This document shows, in pieces, positions 7,721 through 18,052 of a DNA stretch of 64,000 bases. This DNA is from a virus (Duplodnaviria; Heunggongvirae; Uroviricota; Caudoviricetes), in the IMG/VR virus record IMGVR_UViG_3300021979_000001, positions 354,948 through 418,947 of that record; one strand, written 5' to 3'. The position numbers and the translations under genes are program-made. A model generated the notes under the pieces. It saw only the letters and a list, made by a program, of their open reading frames with translations. It did not search any database and was not told the DNA's origin. The stretch's first letter is position 1, and each line of letters begins with the position of its first letter.

Positions 7721-8191
7721 TTAGTCTTGATAAATCAAATCATCATCATTGACAAACAAACTAACTTCACCCATGTTTTGGGCCAATTTTGTTAACTGTT
7801 TACCATATTCGGCAATGTCTCTATCCCATGCTCCGGCACCATGATGATTCCGATCAAGCGCAAAATCGTGGCCTGCTTGTGAATAACTATAAACATATTT
7901 GTCTCGTGCCGCGTTAATTATTGGAGCGGCAGATTTCAAATACTCGATACAGTCCTCTTTAAACTCATTTTCTGTTTCAGGCGCAAGATCATATTCAGAA
8001 TCATTAAGATATTCTTCTTCATTTTCTGGATCATCTTCTGCTCGCGGATTTGATGATGACCACAATAATGCGGTGACATAAGCCGACATAAATTCATTAA
8101 ATTCGGCATCAGTATAATTTTGATTATTTTGGGTTTCCGCAACACTTTCCATCAGGGTAACTTTATTCATTAAATCGCGCATACTTGACAT
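7721..8191 (-). CDS. conserved-type phage hypothetical protein
   Basis: AYVTALLWSS and AGHDFALDRNHHGAGAWDR motifs. ATAAATA upstream at 8228-8234. Confidence 0.7.
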   Translation of the reverse strand: MSSMRDLMNKVTLMESVAETQNNQNYTDAEFNEFMSAYVTALLWSSSNPRAEDDPENEEEYLNDSEYDLAPETENEFKEDCIEYLKSAAPIINAARDKYVYSYSQAGHDFALDRNHHGAGAWDRDIAEYGKQLTKLAQNMGEVSLFVNDDDLIYQD

Positions 8192-8252
8192 ATTAGTTTC
8201 ATCCTATGTTGAATAATATTATGTTATTATTTATGTTAATAATCAAACACAC

Positions 8253-8288
8253 AAAAAATAAAGCCCCATCTTGGGGGCTTTATTTTTT
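8253..8288. terminator. bidirectional intrinsic terminator
   Basis: AAAAAATAAAGCCCC-loop-GGGGCTTTATTTTTT. Confidence 0.75.
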
Positions 8289-8454
8289 ATGCTGTCAAGG
8301 TTTTGTTCCAGAAATTTAGTTTATCCAGAACAGGCAACCACCGTTCGTCGCCTTGCTGATTTTGATGACACCGCGCCGCCGCCACCATTTTTTGTTTAAC
8401 GATTGCGGCCATTTCTGATTTGTGTTCATCAACAGTTTTTGGAATATAGTTCAT
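8287..8454 (-). CDS. hypothetical protein (55 aa)
   Basis: ATG 8454 with a GGGGG RBS-like run, TTGACA promoter upstream, terminator downstream. Confidence 0.55.
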   Translation of the reverse strand: MNYIPKTVDEHKSEMAAIVKQKMVAAARCHQNQQGDERWLPVLDKLNFWNKTLTA

Positions 8455-8576
8455 ATTACCCCCAATGTATTGATATTTAACCATAATAAATTCACAAACT
8501 TTTGTCAACAATATTTTTATTAAACAAAGAAAAAAGCACGACCATTTGACCGGATCGTGCTTTTTATTCGATTTTT

Positions 8577-10307
8577 TTACATGCTGTTCAAATGGATTTG
8601 AAAAAGCATGTTATAGATAAACCCGGCAGTGATAAGATCGCGTTCAATTTTATCCTGTTTTCCATAAATGGTGAAACAATTCGCCGCATCATCGATGGCT
8701 TTCGCATTGGGTATCACGGATTTCAACAGTGGTTCGATACCCGCATCCTGGTCATATAATTCGGCGTTATCCCGAAAATGGTCAACCGGACAGAAATAAA
8801 CGTTTAATTCATTTTTGCGGCGACCAGGAGAAATACCAAATACAAACTCATTGGGGCGCATTTTTGCCAGTTCAGCATCTTGCTCGTCGGTGGACAGGGC
8901 ATAAAAGTCTGCCGACCGATCTGACCACGGACGAAGTAATGCCGTTTCTTTATTGTTGTTGATCGTGGTTGTATCAACAACCAAGTTGGTGCCGGTATCA
9001 ACCAGCGTTTCACCAAAACGATTTACCAATACCACCGTAGTGGCGATGGCATCGAGAATCAGCCCGTTTGCAAGTGCCGTGGCCGTTTCTTTATTGGAAA
9101 ACGCATACCAGCAACCATCTGACCGCTGTTTTTTATATGCCATGGGGCTAGCCATGCCCCGCTTAGTCAGCAACGCATCAATTTCGGCCAAATTGCCATC
9201 CGGTATTTCAACCCGGAAAAACTTCTTTATGACCGTGTTTTTATCAATCGTATAGTCATCATCAATCGTATGTGCCATTACGGCACTTGGGTTCATCGTT
9301 TGGTCGTCAGATTGGGACATGACAATTGGTAGATAATTTGTGTGATCATTGAATTGTTCGGCAAGGGCCTGGTCCACGCCACCGTTCAGTTCGACATCGC
9401 CGGTAATTTCAAAATTTTGATCTGACAACATACAATATATATGAGGGACATCACGTCCCAGCATTTCGTTTGATACTTCTGATGCCTGATCGCTATTACA
9501 GCGAATTACCATCCACATCCCCGCATCGGGATTGGTGCCATGACCGATAACAGTTTTGGCCCGCATAATCGGGCGGCTAATGTTCGGAAAACCAGCATGT
9601 AACAAAATGTCATCGATCATGGATGACCCAATGCCAGCGCATTCAAAAAACCAAAAAGAACGTTGTGGCACCGTTTCCATCGGCCACATTGCAGTCACAT
9701 CGGTAAAATCAATGTCGCGGGTATCAGCATCGATGGTGTTACCAGTTCGCGTGTGTGTCAACGCCTTCGTGTATGATATATTCCCATTGGAATCGGTTGA
9801 AAGAACGGATTCATCATCTTCATCAATGGTAAAGTTTTCAATGGTGAGATTACCGTCCTGTGCCGCCTTATATGCTTCATATTGGGCACGACGAACATCT
9901 TCTTCCGTTTCAACGGCGGGCGTTTCCCACGGATCAAACTGTTTCAAATCATTGATTTCTTGTTCAATCTCGCGGTGTTTTTGATAGGTGTTAAAAGGAT
10001 CATTCTGATCTTTGAGCATTTCATTGTTCAAGTCCCGCAAGATTTCCAAATGCGGGATTTCGTCAATTCCATACTTTTTGAAAAATTTTTTCTGTTGCGC
10101 ATCGTCCGCGTGTTCTACCATCAATGGCGGGCGCGTGAAATTTTTCACACGATCATCCTGCAATGATTGTATAATATCCGGGAAATCCGCAGAAACATAG
10201 TTGCGCCCTGATTTCCCGATCAGGGTTTTCACAAATTGTTCAAAATCCAGAATAGTTTCACAGGCACCAATAATGGTGGTAAGATCGCATTTTACCGCAT
10301 AAATCAT
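8577..10307 (-). CDS. hypothetical acidic protein (576 aa)
   Basis: Long ORF with a GAGG RBS. No motif recognised. Confidence 0.8.
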   Translation of the reverse strand: MIYAVKCDLTTIIGACETILDFEQFVKTLIGKSGRNYVSADFPDIIQSLQDDRVKNFTRPPLMVEHADDAQQKKFFKKYGIDEIPHLEILRDLNNEMLKDQNDPFNTYQKHREIEQEINDLKQFDPWETPAVETEEDVRRAQYEAYKAAQDGNLTIENFTIDEDDESVLSTDSNGNISYTKALTHTRTGNTIDADTRDIDFTDVTAMWPMETVPQRSFWFFECAGIGSSMIDDILLHAGFPNISRPIMRAKTVIGHGTNPDAGMWMVIRCNSDQASEVSNEMLGRDVPHIYCMLSDQNFEITGDVELNGGVDQALAEQFNDHTNYLPIVMSQSDDQTMNPSAVMAHTIDDDYTIDKNTVIKKFFRVEIPDGNLAEIDALLTKRGMASPMAYKKQRSDGCWYAFSNKETATALANGLILDAIATTVVLVNRFGETLVDTGTNLVVDTTTINNNKETALLRPWSDRSADFYALSTDEQDAELAKMRPNEFVFGISPGRRKNELNVYFCPVDHFRDNAELYDQDAGIEPLLKSVIPNAKAIDDAANCFTIYGKQDKIERDLITAGFIYNMLFQIHLNSM

Positions 10308-10350
10308 ATCAAACCCTCTTTTACCAAATACTTACATGCATACTAATACT

Positions 10351-10749
10351 TTATAAATATGGTGTCAATGAACAAGTGAACACATTTTTCTGGTTGACTA
10401 AATTTAACATGTTTATGTAAAAAACCCCCGGTGATACCGGGATATTATTTGGCAACGTTACAATTACGTTTTTGTCGTGAATAATCACACGTTCGTTCGG
10501 AATTCTATTGGGATGCCAATAGGTTACTGTAATTGGAGAAAAAGCAATCGTGGTTCCACCCGGCTTTTCACTCACCCAGGTTCGTATCGAGTGATCTGGG
10601 TTTACATATGTTGGTGCTGCATGAACTGCGGTAATGACTGTTGCATCATTTTCTCCCACAACCAATGGGAATGAAACAAGACAACCCGGATCAATAGTAT
10701 ATACTTGATCCGGGTCTAAATCTTCAATAATCGTTAATGGATATAACAT
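10351..10749 (-). CDS. hypothetical protein
   Basis: 132 aa. ATAAATA at 10774-10780 upstream. Confidence 0.65.
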   Translation of the reverse strand: MLYPLTIIEDLDPDQVYTIDPGCLVSFPLVVGENDATVITAVHAAPTYVNPDHSIRTWVSEKPGGTTIAFSPITVTYWHPNRIPNERVIIHDKNVIVTLPNNIPVSPGVFYINMLNLVNQKNVFTCSLTPYL

Positions 10750-10776
10750 GGCTCAACCTATTATGGATGAACTTAT

Positions 10777-11250
10777 TTATCCATTCGAGCCATCAACAAC
10801 CTGATCAAACTCATTTTTCTGTGGTGGTTGAAATGACCGAATCATAGAGTCAACAACATCGGGCGGAATAAATTTACCGGTGTTGTTATACCGATCTTCC
10901 AACCGATGATCTAACACTTCGCGGTCAATGTTGTTAAACATCACCGCAATGTGTTCGTATCCTGTGCTATTTTGCAACCAGAATTGCCGGGATTTTACCG
11001 ACATGTTTGTCCGGTCAACAATAATATCATCACCGGCTTGAACTGCCTGCAAAAAAAGTTCATGCATGAATTTGGTTGCGTCTCCCATCACGCCCATATT
11101 GAAGGCATCAGAATACGAACACCCGTTATCACGAGCGAACTGTTCAATCCAATCATCCGTCGAAATGACAACGGTTGATGGGGTTGTGTTTTTTGCACGC
11201 CAGGTAGATTTTCCTGATCCCGGTGGACCAATCAACATGTATAGCTTCAT
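10777..11250 (-). CDS. P-loop kinase, polynucleotide kinase-like (AAA_33)
   Basis: MLIGPPGSGKST Walker A, ISTDD, IIVDRTN...R and IP..VV..M motifs. Confidence 0.85.
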   Translation of the reverse strand: MKLYMLIGPPGSGKSTWRAKNTTPSTVVISTDDWIEQFARDNGCSYSDAFNMGVMGDATKFMHELFLQAVQAGDDIIVDRTNMSVKSRQFWLQNSTGYEHIAVMFNNIDREVLDHRLEDRYNNTGKFIPPDVVDSMIRSFQPPQKNEFDQVVDGSNG

Positions 11251-11263
11251 TCTGTTTTCCTGT

Positions 11264-11476
11264 TTAGTCACTGTCCCATGTAGCTTTCCATGGGGCAATT
11301 ATAGTTGCGAGGTCGGTGACAGTTATTCGTATTATTAGCATAATCGGCCAAAACAGAAAAAACATGAGTGACCAGAATAACGCGGAGATCGTCGAATGCC
11401 GGACATACAACCGCCATGATAATTCAAATATGGCGATCAGTGCCGACAAAGTAGTCCAACATATAATGAAAATCAT
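11264..11476 (-). CDS. small two-TM membrane protein
   Basis: Two hydrophobic stretches. ATGA overlap with the upstream gene. Confidence 0.55.
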   Translation of the reverse strand: MIFIICWTTLSALIAIFELSWRLYVRHSTISALFWSLMFFLFWPIMLIIRITVTDLATIIAPWKATWDSD

Positions 11477-12195
11477 TGTAATTCCTTCAATTTAACGATT
11501 GTCAGAACATCATATGTTGTTTCCTGGTTGAGCGGGTTTCGAAAAAGGGACTGGACATATTCCAGCTTGATTTTTTGTCCACTTTTTAAAACCTGTTTCG
11601 CACACTCAAACATGGTTTCATCGGTGATTGACATATCGATGAACTGGTTCCCGGCATTACCAATTTGCATGGTAATTTCAAAAGTCGTGTTGATGCCCCC
11701 TTGATCGGCCACTTTTACCAGTCGCCCAACCCGCGTTCCGGTTGACTTGGAACCAGTCGCATTGGCATTCACACACCCGTTTTCGGGAAATACCGATGGA
11801 TCAACTTTGATGAACTGTTCCACAACATTGCTGGTGTCCCCAGAAAACCCGGAATGAACCAATTTTTCCCGATATGGAACGACGACATATTCACCAATCA
11901 TATTTTGATTGGCGTTAAAAACTTCTGTAGATGTTGAAAACATCCACGGATTTTTGATTTCTGATGTTGTTTTGCCATCGCTGTCAACTTTTTCAACAAC
12001 CAACGGGGTTGATTCCGCCCCTAACAGGATTTCTCCTTCTCCGGTTTTGTTGATCCAGCCTTTGGTTGAATACTTCGAAAGCTGACCCATGCGGTAGCCT
12101 TCCGCATAGGTATTCATATCTGCCTTTGCGGAACAGGTGGCACAAATAACGCCAATGAACGCACTAATCAAAACAATATACACGATGCTACGCAT
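11473..12195 (-). CDS. exported protein with an internally duplicated domain
   Basis: Signal peptide. Repeats G-x-R-x-G-x-L-x-K..G.INxT-x-E in both halves. Confidence 0.7.
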   Translation of the reverse strand: MRSIVYIVLISAFIGVICATCSAKADMNTYAEGYRMGQLSKYSTKGWINKTGEGEILLGAESTPLVVEKVDSDGKTTSEIKNPWMFSTSTEVFNANQNMIGEYVVVPYREKLVHSGFSGDTSNVVEQFIKVDPSVFPENGCVNANATGSKSTGTRVGRLVKVADQGGINTTFEITMQIGNAGNQFIDMSITDETMFECAKQVLKSGQKIKLEYVQSLFRNPLNQETTYDVLTIVKLKELQ

Positions 12196-12347
12196 TGAAA
12201 CTTCCTTTAACTTTGGACTTTTAATACCATATCAGTGCATATGTGTTTAGTAAACAATTATTTTTTTAAAATACTGTGGTAAAATTAATGTTGTGGTTTT
12301 TTATATTATGCAGTATAACTTAGTTTATAGATTGAAAGGATAATGTT

Positions 12348-13490
12348 ATGAAATTGGACCTGTCTGTATTACCAAAAGGGGCAAAAAAACTTCAATGTGC
12401 ATTTTCGGCGCATGGATTTCCGTTATATCTGGTTGGCGGGGCAGTTCGTGATGTTGTTCGCGGCGAACCTGCCAAAGATTTTGATCTGGCAAGCGCCGCA
12501 ACGCCGGATGAAATGGTTGCAATATGCAATGAATTTGATTTTCATTACATACCAACCGGGCTGAAACACGGCACCCTTACCGTCATGGTCAATTCGGTTG
12601 GTTATGAGATAACAACCTTTCGGACGGAAACGGACCATGACGGTCGTCATGCAACGGTATCCTACACGCGGGAACTGTCCGAAGATTTGGCCCGTCGTGA
12701 TTTCACCGCTAACGCAATGGCCGTGAGCCTTGAAACGAATGAACTGGTTGATTTGTTCGGTGGTTACGATGATGCAAAAAATGGTGTTGTTCGCTTTGTT
12801 GGTGATGCCAATGCCCGCATAACCGAGGATTTTCTTCGGATATTCCGGTTTTTTCGGTTCAATGCCCGGTTTGGACATCGCGCAAGCAAAACCATGTTGC
12901 AAGTGATGAACCAAAACAAGCATGGTGTCGCATCCCTTTCCGGGGAACGGATATGGAGCGAAATGTCCCGTATACTGTCTTATGACACTTTTGCCGGGAC
13001 CATGGCTGATCTTCGCATGTGCGGGGTTCTTGATGTTGTTGGGATGATGTTACCGGTGGATGTCTCAATGCCATTACCAGCCAAAAAAGCAACCCCTGCT
13101 GCAATGATGGGGTTCATGATGCAGGATATGTCTGCCACCACATTTGACAAACTGGTGCGGCGGTTAAAATTCAGCGTGAATGAAATGAAATTGGCACATT
13201 TCGTTCATACTAATGCAGGTCTGGTATCGGAATCAGAATTGAAGTGGATGGTGTTGAATGGAACCCCGAAAACTTGGGTTGTTGATTTGCTGACCGTGAC
13301 AAGTTCAATGCTGCTTGATGATTTTATGACATGGGACGTTCCAAATTTCCCAGTTCGTGGATCGGATTTGCTGGAAGCAGGAATGGTGCCAGGCAAAGAA
13401 CTTGGTAATACATTACATGCATTGAAACGGCACTGGTTTGACAATGGCTGTGTTAAAACCAAAGATGACCTTATGGCAATGGTTGTCTAA
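12348..13490 (+). CDS. cca: CCA-adding tRNA nucleotidyltransferase (class II)
   Basis: VGGAVRD, DFDLA, GLKHGT, EITTFR, DLARRDFTANAM, RITEDFLRIFR and SGERIWSE motifs. Confidence 0.92.
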   Translation: MKLDLSVLPKGAKKLQCAFSAHGFPLYLVGGAVRDVVRGEPAKDFDLASAATPDEMVAICNEFDFHYIPTGLKHGTLTVMVNSVGYEITTFRTETDHDGRHATVSYTRELSEDLARRDFTANAMAVSLETNELVDLFGGYDDAKNGVVRFVGDANARITEDFLRIFRFFRFNARFGHRASKTMLQVMNQNKHGVASLSGERIWSEMSRILSYDTFAGTMADLRMCGVLDVVGMMLPVDVSMPLPAKKATPAAMMGFMMQDMSATTFDKLVRRLKFSVNEMKLAHFVHTNAGLVSESELKWMVLNGTPKTWVVDLLTVTSSMLLDDFMTWDVPNFPVRGSDLLEAGMVPGKELGNTLHALKRHWFDNGCVKTKDDLMAMVV

Positions 13491-14637
13491 CACATTGCTG
13501 TAAAATGGTCTCAACCTTCGTAAATACCGAACTCAACATGTCAGGGTCATTTGCGGGTATCACAGTATATCCCAAATGATCCTGATAATGTTTTGACACC
13601 TCATTATTATATCCATCATCAATCATGACAATTACGTCTAGTGTTGTCATTTCATCCAGCCATTGGCAATCGCGGGTATTTGCCGGATAATCCTGCATGA
13701 CAAACCCGCCGAGTGCATCCCGCATAACCAATCGCGATCTAATAAGTTCAGCCTTGACATTATGTAATGCCGGTTGCTGCGCCTGATATGCAGCAACAAT
13801 TGGATCATCCGCACCCAATGTATCAACTATTTCATCTGGTGTGATATGGGGAACTTCGTATGTTGATGCTAACTGATTTCCCAATTCGTTACTTGCATTT
13901 ATCAGCAAAATTTTTGGGCGAACAATCCCACTTGGATCAACATCAATCCCAATATATTCTAAAAATACCGGTAGTTCACTGTAACATACTGGGCCACGAA
14001 TAACCGGGATATTGACTGCATTTTCCAATACAGAATCATCACCCATTGTTTTCCCTGGAATCAGGATGGCATCGGCACCGGTAACATCCCCGATTTCTTC
14101 TGCGATTTTGTCAGTGGTCAGCCAGGCAGCAATTGCTATATCAAGTGCCCTGATTTCATATGTAAAATCAATCTCGCCCAATGCATCAACGACACGTTGT
14201 AAACCTGTTTTTGCAAGCTGACCCGTCACCATGATGATATGTTGATCAGGTTCCGGGCGATACTCTAAAATGGTGTGCGTTTCGATGATTTCTGGTCTTG
14301 GGGCTGAACAATTTGCATCAATCTGACCGATTATTTCAACCGCATTTTGATCAAAAACGATTATTTCCGATCCATCGCCTATCACACATCCATCAAACGA
14401 ACGATCATGTGTAAATGATACCATCGTTTCAATAAATTCATCGCGACTTACGGCGTAATATGCATTTCTCAAACTAATTCGACATTCATAAACATCGGGA
14501 CCAGCATCAACCGCCTGGTTGAAATCAGAAAACAATGCACCAGACACCGGATCAATATCAATTGAACCAGATGTTCCATAAAATTTGATGCCATTATATG
14601 GCCGGTATATGTTGAGTTGATTAATAATATCACGCAT
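13471..14637 (-). CDS. multidomain protein: degenerate ART-like + DUF6513-like + adenylate-kinase-like
   Basis: IKFYGT...FDGCVI..EIIVFD; VTGQLA...IAAWLT...ILIPGK..GD...IPVIRGP...ELPVF; YEVPHIT...LIRSRL...GFVMQDYPAN. Confidence 0.6.
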   Translation of the reverse strand: MRDIINQLNIYRPYNGIKFYGTSGSIDIDPVSGALFSDFNQAVDAGPDVYECRISLRNAYYAVSRDEFIETMVSFTHDRSFDGCVIGDGSEIIVFDQNAVEIIGQIDANCSAPRPEIIETHTILEYRPEPDQHIIMVTGQLAKTGLQRVVDALGEIDFTYEIRALDIAIAAWLTTDKIAEEIGDVTGADAILIPGKTMGDDSVLENAVNIPVIRGPVCYSELPVFLEYIGIDVDPSGIVRPKILLINASNELGNQLASTYEVPHITPDEIVDTLGADDPIVAAYQAQQPALHNVKAELIRSRLVMRDALGGFVMQDYPANTRDCQWLDEMTTLDVIVMIDDGYNNEVSKHYQDHLGYTVIPANDPDMLSSVFTKVETILQQCVRQPLP

Positions 14638-14782
14638 AATTTTATTTATTAAAAACAGCCAGTATCGATATATGCTCTATATACACGTTAAAAAGCCACC
14701 AGACGCAATTAAAGCATTTGGTGGCTGTTCGATGCAGTATTCGGTTACATGCGTTGTATGGCGATATTTTCCCTCGTAGTGA

Positions 14783-14965
14783 TCACCATAGATTAAACCA
14801 AATACCGATGCCGTGAACGATTGCAATTGGAAACGCCATGGCTCCGGCAATCAAAAATCCCCAGTTCTCGGTAATGAAACAGGTGTATACGTGTTGTAAC
14901 CACGCACCTACACAAACCAAAAAAATAAATACGAATGACAAAACACAACCAAAACGTCCCTGCAT
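14783..14965 (-). CDS. small membrane protein
   Basis: 60 aa, hydrophobic, strong AGGAGAG RBS. Confidence 0.7.
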   Translation of the reverse strand: MQGRFGCVLSFVFIFLVCVGAWLQHVYTCFITENWGFLIAGAMAFPIAIVHGIGIWFNLW

Positions 14966-15037
14966 GACAATCTCTCCTATTTAAAAATACATACCCCCCG
15001 ACATTTTTCACTGATGCCAGGGGGTATTGTTGGTTGA

Positions 15038-15976
15038 TTATTGGGTTGGGTTGGTGCGGTTCCAAATGGTCGGAGACGCATCTTCGATTGCGATGACCAA
15101 CCGGCTTGACACGCTGTTCGACATTTTGAAATCCTTTCGAGCGATTAAAAGGGCATCAACCGTCGGAACTTCAACCGAATCTTCGCCCCAACCGTCGTCA
15201 ATCAAATTATTGTAGACGCCCGGTTTTTGGCCGGGATCACGGCGAATGATTTTTTCAAAGTGATACATCGGGGCACCATCGCTCCCTTTGATTTCCTTGA
15301 AATCGCTGTCATCAACATCAATCAGGCGCAATGCCGGTTCGCGGTCGCGGGTATTGACGGACATCAGGTTTGCCGCTTGCATGTCCGGCGAGTTCAACCC
15401 AGACACCCAAAGCATACAGGTATCATTGCTGTCCTTAACCTTGCGGGCGGCTTCGATGCCAACAGAATCGGGTATGCGTTCGCTTTTATCATACGCGGTA
15501 TTCGCTGTTCGCAATGCCCGCCATGTCTCGGCAGAACCACCGCCATCCGGGCCAACAATCAATTTTCCGTTATTATTACCAACGTCCGAGATTGAATCCC
15601 AGTCGGAGTTGACCGGGCAGAGAACATGAACATATTCGGTATACAAATTGGCAAACTTGTCCAATTCGCCAAGGGCTTTCGGATTTTCCATCCGAAAGAG
15701 ATCATTCACGTCGGACTGGACGATGCCCATGTCACAATCGCCAGCCATCAGGCGGCGCAGGTTGTCGAGCGACCCGCCAGTTTCAATGATTTCGACATCG
15801 GTAAATACGCCGTTTAGCCGTTTCGAGATTTCATTGGCAGCAAAAGTGTAGTTCCCCGTGGGCGACCCGGCGCAAACGCGCAAAACCTGGTCGGCAGCAG
15901 AAGCCGGATTTTTGAATACAAGCATGGCAATCATCATGATCGGAATGGCATAACATGCCGTTTTAAAAAATTTCAT
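15038..15976 (-). CDS. TAXI-family TRAP transporter solute-binding protein
   Basis: Signal peptide, AGSPTGNY, ETGGSLDNL..L..G..DMGIVQSD, LYTEYVHV, G..GGGS. Confidence 0.85.
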   Translation of the reverse strand: MKFFKTACYAIPIMMIAMLVFKNPASAADQVLRVCAGSPTGNYTFAANEISKRLNGVFTDVEIIETGGSLDNLRRLMAGDCDMGIVQSDVNDLFRMENPKALGELDKFANLYTEYVHVLCPVNSDWDSISDVGNNNGKLIVGPDGGGSAETWRALRTANTAYDKSERIPDSVGIEAARKVKDSNDTCMLWVSGLNSPDMQAANLMSVNTRDREPALRLIDVDDSDFKEIKGSDGAPMYHFEKIIRRDPGQKPGVYNNLIDDGWGEDSVEVPTVDALLIARKDFKMSNSVSSRLVIAIEDASPTIWNRTNPTQ

Positions 15977-16151
15977 TTTGTCACCCTGTCGTTGACCCTG
16001 TTGTGATCCTTGATTGGAACAAGAATTAACATACACCAAATTTTAAAAAAGTAAACTGTTTTTTTTAATATTGGTGATGATTAATATTTCATGATTACAC
16101 GTTCATTATTTGGTTAACCCCCATGATATATGGATCATGATTTCACTTGTC

Positions 16152-17048
16152 TTAACGTATTTCCTCGCCATGCCGAATAATTTCGTTCCGCCATTTTTTC
16201 CAGAATTGTTTGGCGTCGGCCAGGTATTCTTTTTTGCGTTCGGTTGAACAATAATTACCTAATTGTCCAACAATAATTTTTGCAACTTTTTTCGCTCGCA
16301 TATTTTTCAACTTATCATATGAGACCTGGGTCTCCTTGATGCGTATATGTGTGTTTGATTCAAACACAAACAAATAGTTGATGACATCGTTGGAATGATG
16401 AAAAATCGCATCATCCGGTATATAATGTTTTACAAATATCAAACGATTAATTTTATTTCCAACAACCCCAACCGGAATAGCCTGATATTTTAAGTCGGCA
16501 CTAACTATCAATTCCGACGAAACCATATCCGGTGCAAAGATAATATCAGTTTCGCCCAACGATATATCAACTTGGTATGTGGACAAATTGCTAGGCAATT
16601 TGTCCATTTTGGTATTTAAAATTTTAAGTGTCATTGTTGACAAATTATCGGGCAGCGTAAATGGAACCTTATTGCTATCAACAACAACAAAGTCGAAAAT
16701 CTTTTCATGCCCATCATCACGTAAAACAACTTTTTCTGGGATATTAATGATTTTGGTGTCAGTGAGACAAATACCATTACCAACAACCAGGGTATCAGGT
16801 AGTTGAGTAATATTTGTCCCAATGATAGATAATTCGCGATGAACGACAAGCCCATCCGGTAGCCGGTTGATTTTATTTCCTGTAATACACGCACTACCCA
16901 AAATGGTAAGATCATCAGGCAACTTATCGATGTCGTGTTTACTCAAATCAAGATTGTGTCGAACAATCTGATTTGATTTTGTCATAAAATCATCCACCGG
17001 TATATCGACGCCGTTGATTTGAATAGTTTTGTTTGATGAATTGGTCAT
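16152..17048 (-). CDS. LPxxLxVxGxL repeat (leucine-rich-like) protein, paralog 3
   Basis: Repeats such as LPDDLTILG, LPDGLVV, LPDTLVV. Shares the C-terminus FWKKWRxEIIRHGE. Confidence 0.8.
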   Translation of the reverse strand: MTNSSNKTIQINGVDIPVDDFMTKSNQIVRHNLDLSKHDIDKLPDDLTILGSACITGNKINRLPDGLVVHRELSIIGTNITQLPDTLVVGNGICLTDTKIINIPEKVVLRDDGHEKIFDFVVVDSNKVPFTLPDNLSTMTLKILNTKMDKLPSNLSTYQVDISLGETDIIFAPDMVSSELIVSADLKYQAIPVGVVGNKINRLIFVKHYIPDDAIFHHSNDVINYLFVFESNTHIRIKETQVSYDKLKNMRAKKVAKIIVGQLGNYCSTERKKEYLADAKQFWKKWRNEIIRHGEEIR

Positions 17049-17081
17049 GCTATATCACCCAAAAATAGGTTTTTTTGTTAC

Positions 17082-17954
17082 TTACGCATTTTCTGCAATT
17101 GTTTCGCCATGACGGATAATTTCATCCCGCCATTTTTCCCAGAATGTTTTTGCATTATATTTGTAATTGTTCAACCAATCCAACGGATCATGCCGCCCGG
17201 TCTCACCAAGCAATAACGCGCCAGCATCATCCGATGTCATCTCTTTCAGATCATCATACGAAACCGATGTGCCGTTGATAACCAAGGTATCCGATGATTT
17301 AAAAACGAGGTCATATGTAATGATGACTACCAAGCCATCATTATGATAATCAACAAACTTGATTGTTTTTACATTGCGCGGGATAGGTTGTGCCTCTAAT
17401 GATGAACAAATATGCAAGCACAAAACGTTTAAATCATTAGGCAAGCACAACGTATTATTGACCAAAGCATGACCGATGGACCCCGTTGGAATTATCGACA
17501 ACCGTGATGCAAAAAGTCCCAAAGGCAATTCGTTAACTTTGGTATCTACTAAATAGACACTATCACACATCATATTGTCTGCCAATTTGACCGGAACTGT
17601 ATTTTCCATACAAGTAATACCCACTCGGCTTTTTTGTGCAGGAATATAATTAATTTTTGTTCTAGCCAGCATTAAATGTTTGGCAATCGCCATCGTTTCG
17701 GGCAAACGCGTGATGTTTGTTCCAATAATCGCAAGTGATCCGTCTACTACCAGATTTTCTGGTAGATAATTAATATGGTTTGTGTTGATTTCCAACAAGC
17801 CATTTACCTGTAAATTAGTAGGTAATTGGTAAATTTCATACTTTTCGTCAATTTCCAAATTATGATTGACCACCAAATGGTCCGAATTCATAAAATCATC
17901 CACAGGCATATCGACGCCATTGATTTCAATCGTTTCGCGTGATGAATTGGTCAT
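17082..17954 (-). CDS. LPxxLxVxGxL repeat protein, paralog 2
   Basis: Starts MTNSSRETIEING with a GGAG RBS. Termini are near-identical to 18053..18931. Confidence 0.85.
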   Translation of the reverse strand: MTNSSRETIEINGVDMPVDDFMNSDHLVVNHNLEIDEKYEIYQLPTNLQVNGLLEINTNHINYLPENLVVDGSLAIIGTNITRLPETMAIAKHLMLARTKINYIPAQKSRVGITCMENTVPVKLADNMMCDSVYLVDTKVNELPLGLFASRLSIIPTGSIGHALVNNTLCLPNDLNVLCLHICSSLEAQPIPRNVKTIKFVDYHNDGLVVIITYDLVFKSSDTLVINGTSVSYDDLKEMTSDDAGALLLGETGRHDPLDWLNNYKYNAKTFWEKWRDEIIRHGETIAENA

Positions 17955-18052
17955 GATATTATCTCCAAAATAATGCGGTTGGTTATTGAAGTAATATACC
18001 CCACAATTAAAAAACGTCAATCATTATATAAATAATTGACGCTTTTTGTTAC

